A stretch of 64,000 nt of DNA, from assembly GCA_000092065.1 (NCBI GenBank), contig CP000601.1. One strand, written 5' to 3'. This DNA is from Ostreococcus lucimarinus (lineage: Eukaryota). Of this stretch, positions 49,793-58,591 are shown piece after piece. The position numbers and the translations under genes were made by a program. The notes under the pieces are model-generated. The model made no database searches and was not told the DNA's origin. It worked only from the letters and a program-made list of their open reading frames with translations. Within the stretch, counting starts at the first letter, position 1. Each line of letters opens with the position of its first letter.

Positions 49793-50557
49793 CTACGAAT
49801 ACTGAGGCCGACCGAGCCACACCGGCAACGAACTGCGACACAACGGACACGAATCGTCTCGCGCCAGCCACTCCTTCACGCAGCGCTCGTGAAACACGTG
49901 CGAAGCGCTGCACGGCATCGCCACGACCACTTCATCCGTCGCGTAGCAATCGAAACAAATTGAACACTTCATCCCTACTTCGTCATCGCGTGGTTTACGA
50001 TATCTCAGCGCTTCCACGCTCACCGTGGACGCCGCCGCGCGCGAACCTTCGCTCTCGTCAAAGTCTCGTTCTAAACCGTCGACGAGACTTTCAAGAGATC
50101 GTCGGCGCGCGGCTAAAATCAAACGCAGCGCCTCGTTCACGACACCATCGACGTTCTCATCCATCGTCTCGTCCTTCGTCTTCGTCTTCGTCTTCGGTGC
50201 CGTCTCGTCCTCGCGCGGCGCCGTCGCCGTCGCCTCGCGCGTCTCGGCCAACGTCGCCAACGCCGCCACCAGCGCCTCCCGATCGCTCCCACCGACCGCG
50301 TCGCGACACGCCTCGATCGCGCGCACGCCGACGTCCCACGCCTCCGCGCGCGCATCGCCGTATCGACTCTTCAGCGTCGTCGCGACGCGCCGTCCCGCGC
50401 GAGCCAGCGCGACGCTCACGCGCGCGTCGCCTTCGTCTCGCGCCCTCGCCGCGCGCTCGATCGCGCGCGCGCCGTCGCTGAACGTCGACCGCTTTCCCAA
50501 CGCCTCGATCGCGCCGTCGAGCGCGCGCGCGCGCGCGTCGTCGTCGGCGCGCGACAT
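49793..50557 (-). CDS. RING-H2 zinc-finger protein (putative E3 ubiquitin ligase)
   Basis: C-terminal CSICFDCY...MPCSASHVFHERCVKEWL...CPLCR RING-H2 (C3H2C3). Confidence 0.7.
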   Translation of the reverse strand: MSRADDDARARALDGAIEALGKRSTFSDGARAIERAARARDEGDARVSVALARAGRRVATTLKSRYGDARAEAWDVGVRAIEACRDAVGGSDREALVAALATLAETREATATAPREDETAPKTKTKTKDETMDENVDGVVNEALRLILAARRRSLESLVDGLERDFDESEGSRAAASTVSVEALRYRKPRDDEVGMKCSICFDCYATDEVVVAMPCSASHVFHERCVKEWLARDDSCPLCRSSLPVWLGRPQYS

Positions 50558-50577
50558 GACGCGGCACTGTGTGACGC

Positions 50578-51684
50578 ATGCGCGTTCGCCCGTCCGCGAT
50601 GGCGACGGCGTCGAGCGCGCGCGCGGCGACGCACGCGTCCGCGGCGGCGCGGCGCGGATCGACGCACGCGATGCGCGCGCGAGGAGGGGCGCCGCGCGTC
50701 GTCGCGCGCGTCGCGGGGACGGTTTTGGGGATTTGGGCGATGGCGCACTTGGCGCGCGCGACGTCTCGCGCGTTCGCGCCGACGCTCAACGCGCACCGCG
50801 ATCGAAGCGGACGGTGCGAGGAGACGCCGGGGAAGTGGGACGTCGACGCGGCGCGAGCGCGGGCGCGGGCGCTGACGGCAGAGAGCGAGGCGATGCGCGC
50901 GGATGGGTTCGCGGTGCTGCTGAATACGTTTGAAAGACCGGATTTGTTGAAGACGGCGCTGAGACACTACGGGAAATGCCGAGGCGTGGAGGAGATACGC
51001 GTGGTGTGGAGCGAAAAACGCGACGCACCGCGAGAGGGGACGGCGGAGGATGGATACTTTGTGAAGAAGAAGCCGGGATTGGTGCGATACGACGCGCACG
51101 CGGAATCGACGAGCATACAGAATAGATTTGAACCGTTGGATGATTTGCGCACCAGGGCGGTGTTTAACGTGGATGAGGACGTGAGAATTCCGTGTGAGAC
51201 TTTATATAGAGGATTTAAGGCGTGGCAGAAGCACCCTGACGCGTTGGTGGGGTATTACGCGAGGAATTATGCGCCGGCGAAGAAGCCGAGCGACGGGTGC
51301 TCGTGGAGATACGTCGCGAACGAGTTTCAACTTTGGTGGAGTGGGAAGTACAGTATCATCCTCACCAAGGCGGCGTTCATGGATCAAAAATATTTAAAAC
51401 TGTATAAGGAGCATTTACCCGACGGTGTGCGGGAATACATCGACAAGGGGGGGGGGAATTGCGAGGACATCGCGATGCAATTTTTAATCTCCTCGATTAC
51501 GCGCGAGGCGCCCGTGTACGTGCCGGCAAGTTTGATGTATTACACCAAGGCTAAGTTGGGTGGAGTTGGCGTCGCTGGAATTAGCAGTGGTGCGGGACAT
51601 CACCTCAAGCGCGGTGATTGCATCACGGATTTCCAGACGATGTTTGGCGCCGAACACATACCCCTCGTGGAAACGTATCAATAG
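50578..51684 (+). CDS. Glycosyltransferase family 64 (exostosin-like / GINT1-type alpha-1,4-N-acetylhexosaminyltransferase), type II membrane protein
   Basis: Signal anchor VVARVAGTVLGIWAMA. GT64 core FAVLLNTFERPDLL...HYGKCRGVEEIRVVWSE...NRFEPL...AVFNVDEDV...LVGYYAR...SIILTKAAFMDQKYL...NCEDIAMQFLIS. Confidence 0.75.
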   Translation: MRVRPSAMATASSARAATHASAAARRGSTHAMRARGGAPRVVARVAGTVLGIWAMAHLARATSRAFAPTLNAHRDRSGRCEETPGKWDVDAARARARALTAESEAMRADGFAVLLNTFERPDLLKTALRHYGKCRGVEEIRVVWSEKRDAPREGTAEDGYFVKKKPGLVRYDAHAESTSIQNRFEPLDDLRTRAVFNVDEDVRIPCETLYRGFKAWQKHPDALVGYYARNYAPAKKPSDGCSWRYVANEFQLWWSGKYSIILTKAAFMDQKYLKLYKEHLPDGVREYIDKGGGNCEDIAMQFLISSITREAPVYVPASLMYYTKAKLGGVGVAGISSGAGHHLKRGDCITDFQTMFGAEHIPLVETYQ

Positions 51685-51727
51685 CGAGCAATGCATTACA
51701 TATATTCACGCGTCAGCAATCACGCGC

Positions 51728-53146
51728 TCACACCGCGTTTTCGAGGTACTTGCGCGTGAATTCGTCGCTCTCGCCGAGCTTGAAAGCGCGAGAGTGAATT
51801 TCGAGCACCGAACCCACGCGCATGTCGCGCAAGTCGTAAAACGCGCCCGTCTCGTCGCGCTTCCTGACTCTGGCGCGCTCCAGAAACTTGCTCGAGCAAC
51901 TGTCCTTTGACGCTTGTTCGAAAATTGACAACGTCTTGTCACCGACGTGGAACGAGACCACAAAACGACGCGAAGCATCGAATTCGCACACTTCATCAGC
52001 GTCGCTGATCGGGACCATTTCGGCGCGAAACTGCAAAACGATTTCGTCATCCTTCGCGACGTCCTTGCGCGGCGGCTTGGGAATGAGCGAAATGCAGTTT
52101 TGCAAGCTGTCCTCTTCGCTCCCGATGGCGAGACCTGTGTGCTCAGGTATGCGATGCGCTGGAACAGTATCCTCGGGCTCGGTGACGTCGTGCGGCTCGA
52201 AAGCAGCCTCCGTCAACTCGCCCGGGAATTTCGTCAGGTACCACGACTTCGTGAATTCGTCGCAGTCGTAGATGAAGAAATCTCTCTTGTACACTCGAAT
52301 CGTGTCCCCGACGTGCAAGTCTTCCGCGGTGACATAATCGAAATCATCGTTCGCTAGACCTCTGGCGTTCGCATCTTCATCGCGCAGAGGTAATCTGGAC
52401 CTGTGCAGAAGCGTCGAAGACATCCCGCTTCCTCGCCCCGATTTGTTCGCTTCGACTTCGGTGATGGCGACGGTGTCGTCGATGAGAAAGAACGTCAGAA
52501 CAAATCTTCGCCTGTCGCCGAATTTCGACCTGTCGTCCCAAACGCAGTAGAAGCGAAGCACTTGCTTGTCGTGCGTGAGAAATTTCCCTCGAGCATCCTT
52601 CTTCGTAGAACGCGCGGCGCGACGCGCGAGCCGAACCTCCTCCCACGACGGACCGACGCCGTCGGGTTCGCGCTCATCATTCGGGACATCGACGCCGACG
52701 CGTCCGAGGTAATCGCGCGTGAATCCATCGCAGCGATAAATTTTAAACTCGAACCCGTAGATCGTTACCGCTTTGCCAACGTTTAAATCTCCCAAAGTCA
52801 CGCCGCGCACGACGTGACGCTTGAGAAACGCGCCTTGGGGCATGCCGCTGTTCTCCACGCGCGGTTCCGTGATTTTGATCGATCCGTCCTCGAGGAAAAA
52901 GTAAATGACGCATTTCCGGCATCTCGCGCTCTCCTTTTGACCGTTTTCGACGGTTTCATCAAAATACGCGTTAAATCGCAAGACGAGCCCGTGCAATTTA
53001 ACGTACTCGGGCGCGTACGCCTTCGCCTCGCCGCGCGCGGGCGCGTCCGCGAACGCGTTCGCGTCGAACACATCGACCTCGCCGTCCGAGTCTCGAGGAA
53101 TCGCGTAGCCATTCACAAAACTCAGCGATTGCGTCTTCGGTTTCAT
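51728..53146 (-). CDS. EFHC/Rib72-like flagellar protofilament-ribbon protein with three DM10 domains
   Basis: SLSFVNGYAIPR N-terminus and DM10 repeats (LVLRFNAYFDE...RKCVIYFFLEDGSIKITEP; QVLRFYCVWDD...FVLTFFLIDDTVAITE; VLQFRAEMV...FVVSFHVGDKTLSIFE). No C-terminal EF-hand, so EFHC2-like. The ORF opens at 53260; I prefer the Met at 53146. Confidence 0.8.
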   Translation of the reverse strand: MKPKTQSLSFVNGYAIPRDSDGEVDVFDANAFADAPARGEAKAYAPEYVKLHGLVLRFNAYFDETVENGQKESARCRKCVIYFFLEDGSIKITEPRVENSGMPQGAFLKRHVVRGVTLGDLNVGKAVTIYGFEFKIYRCDGFTRDYLGRVGVDVPNDEREPDGVGPSWEEVRLARRAARSTKKDARGKFLTHDKQVLRFYCVWDDRSKFGDRRRFVLTFFLIDDTVAITEVEANKSGRGSGMSSTLLHRSRLPLRDEDANARGLANDDFDYVTAEDLHVGDTIRVYKRDFFIYDCDEFTKSWYLTKFPGELTEAAFEPHDVTEPEDTVPAHRIPEHTGLAIGSEEDSLQNCISLIPKPPRKDVAKDDEIVLQFRAEMVPISDADEVCEFDASRRFVVSFHVGDKTLSIFEQASKDSCSSKFLERARVRKRDETGAFYDLRDMRVGSVLEIHSRAFKLGESDEFTRKYLENAV

Positions 53147-53356
53147 CGATGCCTGCGCGCGACGACGCATCGACGCTCCGTCGTGAGTCGTTCGAGTCGA
53201 GTCTTCGCGCGCGCGCGACGGCCGCCATCCGCGCGCGACGACGCACCGTCGGCGTTCCAATCATCCCCGGAAGATTCGCCAGAGTCACGCACTCCACCGC
53301 GCGCCGCGTCCTCGCGTTCGTTTCGCCCTCCATCGCGTTCGTTCACCGCTCTCCGC

Positions 53357-53393
53357 GCGTCGCGATGCGTCGCGATGCGTCGCGATGCGTCGC
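53357..53393. repeat. Three tandem 10-mers (CGCGATGCGT)x3 in the EFHC 5' region
   Basis: gcgtcgcgatgcgtcgcgatgcgtcgcgatgcgtcgc, located about 210 bp upstream of the minus-strand EFHC start. Confidence 0.85.
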
Positions 53394-53667
53394 TTCGCCG
53401 ACTTCTATTTTCGGCGCTTCGCCTCCCCGACGACGCGCGCGCGGGAAGCGCGCCCGTAACAACGAACGCTGTTACGTCGTTCGACGCGGCCGTCACCGCG
53501 CCGCGCGTCGACGACCGCCTCGCGCGCGCGTCGACGACGACGCGTCGCGATCGACGCGGCGTCGCGCGTCGCTCGACCGTCCCGCGCGCGCGCCGCGCAT
53601 TCGCGCGTCGTCGTCGACGCGCGCGCGACGCATGCGGCACAGGATCGTCGAGCGACGCGCGCGCGCG

Positions 53668-54015
53668 ATGCACGCCGACCAGTTCCGCGATCCCGCGCGC
53701 GAGGACGAGGACGACGACGACGACGACGACGAGATGGACGCGCGGGCGCGGGCGCGGGCGTGGGCGCGACTGCCGACGAAGACGAAGTGCCTGGGACCGA
53801 CGCTGCTCGCGCTGGGGACGGCGATGCTCGGGACGCGCGCGCTCTTCGCGCTGGGCGCGATCGAGGCGGACGCGCACGCGGCGCGAGGGACGACGACGGC
53901 GCTGACGGTGGTGGGAGGGATGTGCGCGCTGGCGGGAGGGTACGCGACGACGGTGATGTGGATGACGGCGCGAGGCGCGCGCGGGTGGTCGTACGAGATG
54001 ATTCCGGGGGAGTGA
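53668..54015 (+). CDS. Candidate small two-transmembrane protein (about 115 aa) with a poly-Asp N-terminus
   Basis: MHADQFRDPAREDEDDDDDDDEMD... followed by two hydrophobic segments (LGPTLLALGTAMLGTRALFALGAI; ALTVVGGMCALAGGYATTVMWM). Lies between the EFHC and kinase genes. No homology is recognisable; the call rests on composition and hydrophobic profile only. Confidence 0.25.
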   Translation: MHADQFRDPAREDEDDDDDDDEMDARARARAWARLPTKTKCLGPTLLALGTAMLGTRALFALGAIEADAHAARGTTTALTVVGGMCALAGGYATTVMWMTARGARGWSYEMIPGE

Positions 54016-54080
54016 GGACGACGGGTTCGGGACGCGAGGCGGCGTCGGGTGATGTTACAGAGTCGATGTGAAGCGCGCGT

Positions 54081-55791
54081 CTAGGCGCGTTCGGAGAGCT
54101 CGGCGACGCGGGCGCGGAGACGGGCGTTCTCGTCGCGAAGCTCGGCGATGGCGGTCGCTTGGGCTTGGGCTTGGGCGTAGAGATCGCGGAGGGCGGCGGA
54201 GACGGAGGCGGCGGATTGCGCGACTTCGGAAAAGTAGCGTAGATCCACGCCCATGTCGTCCGCGCCGGCTTCGGAGTGCACGGTGAATCGACCTTTTTGT
54301 ACCGCCTTCTTTGTGCGCGAAACGCCCGGCGCGGGTGAGCTCGCGGGCGTGGGAGACGTGCTTCGGCTGCCGCGCTGGTTGTCCTCGATGATGTCAAACC
54401 GTCCTCGTCGCTGCACCGTTTGCGACGTCGCCGACGACTCGGGCGCGTCTTCGGTGATGATTTCGAATCGGCCTTTCTTCTCGATGCTCCTCTTTTCGCC
54501 CATGTGCATGTTTTCGAGCGCGTTCGCCGCGGCGATGGCGTTGGATTCAGCCACCGCGGGATCGTCCATCGCCGCCGCCTGCGCCTTCAATTCGTCGACG
54601 TCAAAATTCCAATTAGACACCCCGTGCTTGTAAGCTTCGTTCGAAGCGGCTTCCGCTTGCGCCTCACCCACGGCGTTCGATTCCGCGCGCCGTTTCGCCT
54701 CGCGTTCGGCGAGCATGCGCGTGCGATCGCCCAGAGAAGGGATGTTTTCGAGCAACGTCTTCGCGAGCCAATCGGCTTTCTTCGCCTCCTTCAAAAATTT
54801 GTGCTCCAAAAGCTTGCTCGCCGGCGGGCGCTTGGACGGATCCTTTTGCAGGCAAAGACTGACGAACTCGCGAAGGGCGCGAGAGAAATGCCGACCGTCT
54901 TCGGGTTGCTCTTCGAGCGTCGGCGCTGGGTTTTGAAGCGTCATCAAGAGCACCTTCATCGGCGGAAACTTGGAAAACGGCGCGTGCCCGTGGCACAACT
55001 CCAGCACCGTGATCCCGAGCGACCAAATGTCGGCGTGAAAATCGTACCCGTTCTCTTGCTCCATCACCTCTGGCGCCATCCAGCACGGCGTGCCGACAAA
55101 AGTCTGGTGCGACCGCGGTCGGCCTCCCGAACCCCAACACGAAGCGCTCACGCCGAAATCGGCCAGCTTCACCGCCCCGTTCTCATCCACCAAAATGTTC
55201 CCAGCCTTGATGTCTCGATGAATATTCCCATTACGATGAAAGTAATCCAGCGCCTTGAGCGCCGCCTTGACGATGCACGCGATGACGGGTTCCTCGAAAC
55301 CTCCCGGATGCGACCACTTCATCAAATTCAGCGCCGATCCCCCCGCGAGATACGGCATCACCACCCAAAGCGACGCCTCGTTCACGAACGAGCTATAATA
55401 TTTCACCAAATTCGGATGACTCAGCATGCTCATCGTCTGCGCCTCGCGTCGGATCTCGTCCAGGTGTTCCGGCTCGTGTTCCTCGAGATCCAAAACCTTC
55501 ACCGCGACGACTTCGTCGTTCGTCGCGCATCGCGCTCGCCACACCTGCGTCGCGCGCCGACACCATCGCTCGCCCGTCAGTCCCGCGTCCGTCTCGCGTC
55601 ATCGCGCGCGCGTCGTCTCGCGCGTCGTCGTCGCGTCGCGTCGCGTCGCGTCGCGTCGTTCGCCTCGCGCGCACCGTCGCGCTCACGCCGTGCCCGATCT
55701 CCTCGAGCAGCTCGTACGCCGACGCGTTCGTGGGGTACGCCGACGGCGCGCCCGGCGCGTCGCTCGCGCCCTCGCTCGCGTCGCTCGCCAT
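54081..55791 (-). CDS. STE20-family Ser/Thr kinase of the OSR1/SPAK (Fray) type. Two exons, complement(join(54081..55544,55675..55791))
   Basis: Exon 1 MASDASEG...YPTNASAYELLEEIGHGVSAT (Gly-loop). Exon 2 VWRARCATNDEVVAVKVLDLE...HRDIKAGNILVD...DFGVS...YPPMKVLLMTLQNPAPTLEE...SLCLQKDPSKRP, with strong similarity to OSR1/SPAK. The C-terminal tail contains KKGRFEI, RRGRFDI and KGRFTV motifs and a terminal coiled coil. Confidence 0.8.
55545..55674 (-). other. Spliceosomal intron (130 nt, phase 0) between the Gly-loop exon and the rest of the kinase
   Basis: On the minus strand: ACG|GTGCGCGCGAGG...(GACGCGAC)n...GGGACTGACGGG...GACGCAG|GTGTGG. Joining gives GVSAT-VWRARC, matching the kinase subdomain I-II spacing. 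Confidence 0.75.
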
Positions 55792-55975
55792 GGCGCGCGT
55801 CGCGCGCGTCGATCGTCCGCGCGCGCGCCGCGAAGTGCGACGCCGCGAAGCGCGACGCCGCACGATGTCGCGCGCGCGCGGACGCGCGGCCGCGGCGGCG
55901 CCGACGCGCGCGCGCGCGAGGCGACGCGCGCGAAAGGGCGGTCGTCGAGCGACGCGCGTCGCGCGCGCGCGCGCG

Positions 55976-56007
<32 letters not shown>

Positions 56008-56017
56008 TGGACGCATG

Positions 56018-56767
56018 CGAGAGGACGAACTGCGCGCGGCGATCGACGAAGCGAGAGAGATCCTCGCCGAGGCCGCGCGAATGGCGAACGAACAGGCGCG
56101 CGCGGAGCTCGCGCGAACGTTCGACGCGGGCGACGGACGCGGCGCGGCGTTCGAGTGCGTGCGGGTGGAGGAGTTTTTGAAGGGGAAGGGCGCGCGAACG
56201 CTCGACGCGGAGCGCGCGGCGAGGGAGCTGTACATCGGGGACGCGTACTTTCAAGACGTCGAAAAGTTGATGGTGCAGTTCGATCGGTTGGAGCGCGCGC
56301 TGGGAGGGGTGCCGGGAATGAACGTGGGCGCGCTCGTGGGGCGGTGCACGGAGGTGGCGACGTGCGACATCGCGAGGGCGACGGCGAACTTGTTGACGCT
56401 GCGAGGGGCGTTTAAGGTGGGAAAGATTAGCGCCATGGTGATGGATTGTCCGAAACTGTTGATGTGTGACGATTTGGAAGATCGCATACGGCGCACGCAA
56501 GCGTGCATCACGCGGATTTGGGCTTCGGAGAGCGACGAGGATACGATTTACGCGATCTCAGAGGAACCAAATTTGCTCTTCACGCTGTGCGATTTGCCGA
56601 TCTTCGCGGAAGATATCTCGGTCGATATTTCAGAGCTTCCGATGTCGGTGCAAGGTGCGTGTGTTGTCGTCGCGCGCGCGCGCGTTCGTCGTCGAACGGC
56701 GTTTGTTTCTAACCATTCTTCGCGTGTAGAGGCGCTCGTTTTCGCGACTCGAAGGTTCAAAGCTTAA
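56018..56767 (+). CDS. Hypothetical protein (possible mTERF-like repeats). The 3' end may carry a 75-nt intron at 56655..56729
   Basis: ORF 55730..56767. The Met at 56018 follows a (GAC)11 poly-Asp run. LLTLRGAFKVGKISAMVMDCPKLLMCDDLEDRI resembles mTERF repeats. Near the 3' end there is a CAAG|GTGCGTGT donor, a TTCTAACC branch site and a TGTAG| acceptor. The candidate intron length is a multiple of 3, so both isoforms stay in frame. Confidence 0.3.
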   Translation, partial: REDELRAAIDEAREILAEAARMANEQARAELARTFDAGDGRGAAFECVRVEEFLKGKGARTLDAERAARELYIGDAYFQDVEKLMVQFDRLERALGGVPGMNVGALVGRCTEVATCDIARATANLLTLRGAFKVGKISAMVMDCPKLLMCDDLEDRIRRTQACITRIWASESDEDTIYAISEEPNLLFTLCDLPIFAEDISVDISELPMSVQGACVVVARARVRRRTAFVSNHSSRVEALVFATRRFKA

Positions 56768-56922
56768 CGGTTCATAGACTCACCTCCGGTGGTTTTCCAC
56801 GCTCTACGCGCGCAGCGATGCTCGTGTACGCGTGTGGCATGGAGAACGAGTGATAATGTGTTCGTGTTGTATTCTATCTATAGGCATTTGTGCATTATAA
56901 AACGCAGGCTTGTAAAACGATT

Positions 56923-58524
56923 TCATTTGTAGAATTTCTTCTTGGCTGGGGATTGCGCGGCGCCGGTAAAACCGGCGTACGAACTAAGCTGCGGGATTTC
57001 CACTCCATCAGCCTTGGCTTTTTCCATGGCGGCGATCCTGCGCGGATCCCATTCGTCTAGCACGGCGAGCGGCAAATCGTTCGGGTGTCGCGCCACCACG
57101 TACCCCCAAACTTCGCTACGAGGCAACTTTTTGTGCCACGCCAACACATCGCGCTGCATCGACCCGAAACAGCAGTACCAGAACGACAGAAACGGTGAGG
57201 TACGTTCACCCAGGGCGCCTATGTGCGTTCGCTTGCGACGCGCCTTGGCGCTTTCTTCGCTTTGACCTTTGGCGGCGCGCGCCTTCACCATCGCCTTGGG
57301 TGTCCAATAATAATAACGCTTCTTCGGCGCGATGTAGAATGGCAAGATTTGCGCTCGAGCGGCACCACCACCGTGACGCTTGATACCATCGTCATTCTCC
57401 TCGACGTCATCTTCGTTGTTTTCCTCGTCTTTGCGCTGAAGCTCGAGCGATTTCGCCTTTTCCTTCCCTCGCGAGCCGCCCGTGAGCAACGCGGGCAGGT
57501 AGTAATCCTTGTGAATGACGTACGAGGGCAAGAGCAGCATGTACGGACGGCCGTGTGCAGCAAGATTTTCTGCCGCAAACGTCACGCACTTCTCTATGTG
57601 GTCAGCAGAGTACGGTGGATTTGTCAGGAAGACGTCGTGCTCGGGCACGCGCCCCTCTTCGATGACTTTGTAAAAATCTTCGTTGCGATTGATGACGTTC
57701 GTGAATCCAATCAAAGCCAAGTTCCTTCGCGTACCTCCGGCGCAGTAGTAAGGGTCATAAATCACCAGGTCGGCGGGCGTTTTATTCAAGCGCCCGCACG
57801 CCGCCTTTAAGAAATTCGCTACGTTTTCGTGCGCCTCAGGCGACGTCTCGCAGTGGTCGTCCGCGTCCGTCTCGAACGGATGCTCTACCTCCGCCGGCGC
57901 CTTAAATTCTTCCGCTAACTTCGCGTTCCCCTTAAAGATCGCCGGTATCGTCTCCCCACGCTCGTTCAAAACCGCCCCTTTCTCTTTTCTCTCATCCTTT
58001 TTCTTCTCCGCCGGTTTCCAATACGTATAGCTCTGCGTCGCGTCGTCCCACGTCCCGATCCTGACGTGTTCCCCATTCGCCGTACGCTCCGTGCTCGAGT
58101 ACACGGCTTTAGACTTTTTATCCACGAGCACTAATTCGTCGTTCATCACCACGCCCTCGACGTTAAACGTGCCGTGGAACACCTTGTCTTCGTCGTCGGC
58201 GTTCGCCGCGTCGCCGCCGCCTTCCGTCTCGTCCGTTCCTCGCGGTCGTCCCTCTTCCAGTTTACGCCGTTTTGCGCGCGCTTGCTTGGCCTTGCGCTTC
58301 TTTTCTCGCGCGCGTTCGAGCTTGGACGCGCGATTCGCGCTCACGCGCGCGTCGGCGTCGGTTTTATCGTCGCCGCCGCCGCCGCTCGTCGTCGGCGGCG
58401 ACGCGTCGGCGGCGGCGCTCGCGTCGTCGGCGCCCTCGGCGAGCTCGCGCGCGCGCACGCGAGCGATGAAATCGTCCTCATCGCTCGAGCCTTCGTCGAA
58501 GCGGGAGAGATCGGGCGCGGTCAT
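56923..58524 (-). CDS. Hypothetical protein with an amino-methyltransferase-like NPPY motif; Lys/Glu-rich N-terminus
   Basis: LVIYDPYYCAGG ... DVFLTNPPYSADHIEKC (the N/D-PP-Y/F motif IV of N6-adenine/amino MTases). No precise family can be assigned by eye. Confidence 0.4.
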   Translation of the reverse strand: MTAPDLSRFDEGSSDEDDFIARVRARELAEGADDASAAADASPPTTSGGGGDDKTDADARVSANRASKLERAREKKRKAKQARAKRRKLEEGRPRGTDETEGGGDAANADDEDKVFHGTFNVEGVVMNDELVLVDKKSKAVYSSTERTANGEHVRIGTWDDATQSYTYWKPAEKKKDERKEKGAVLNERGETIPAIFKGNAKLAEEFKAPAEVEHPFETDADDHCETSPEAHENVANFLKAACGRLNKTPADLVIYDPYYCAGGTRRNLALIGFTNVINRNEDFYKVIEEGRVPEHDVFLTNPPYSADHIEKCVTFAAENLAAHGRPYMLLLPSYVIHKDYYLPALLTGGSRGKEKAKSLELQRKDEENNEDDVEENDDGIKRHGGGAARAQILPFYIAPKKRYYYWTPKAMVKARAAKGQSEESAKARRKRTHIGALGERTSPFLSFWYCCFGSMQRDVLAWHKKLPRSEVWGYVVARHPNDLPLAVLDEWDPRRIAAMEKAKADGVEIPQLSSYAGFTGAAQSPAKKKFYK

Positions 58525-58591
58525 CGCGCGCGCGAGGCGGCGTCTGCGGCGAGTCGAGGCGAATCGGTGTCGTGTACTACAAAGGATTTTA

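Noticed and set aside
49728-49800. Direct repeat GACTACGAATACT x2 in the AT-richer spacer between the AP2 and RING genes
   Set aside because: It is a 13-bp imperfect duplication in a convergent 3' UTR region, most likely incidental and too short to call as an element.
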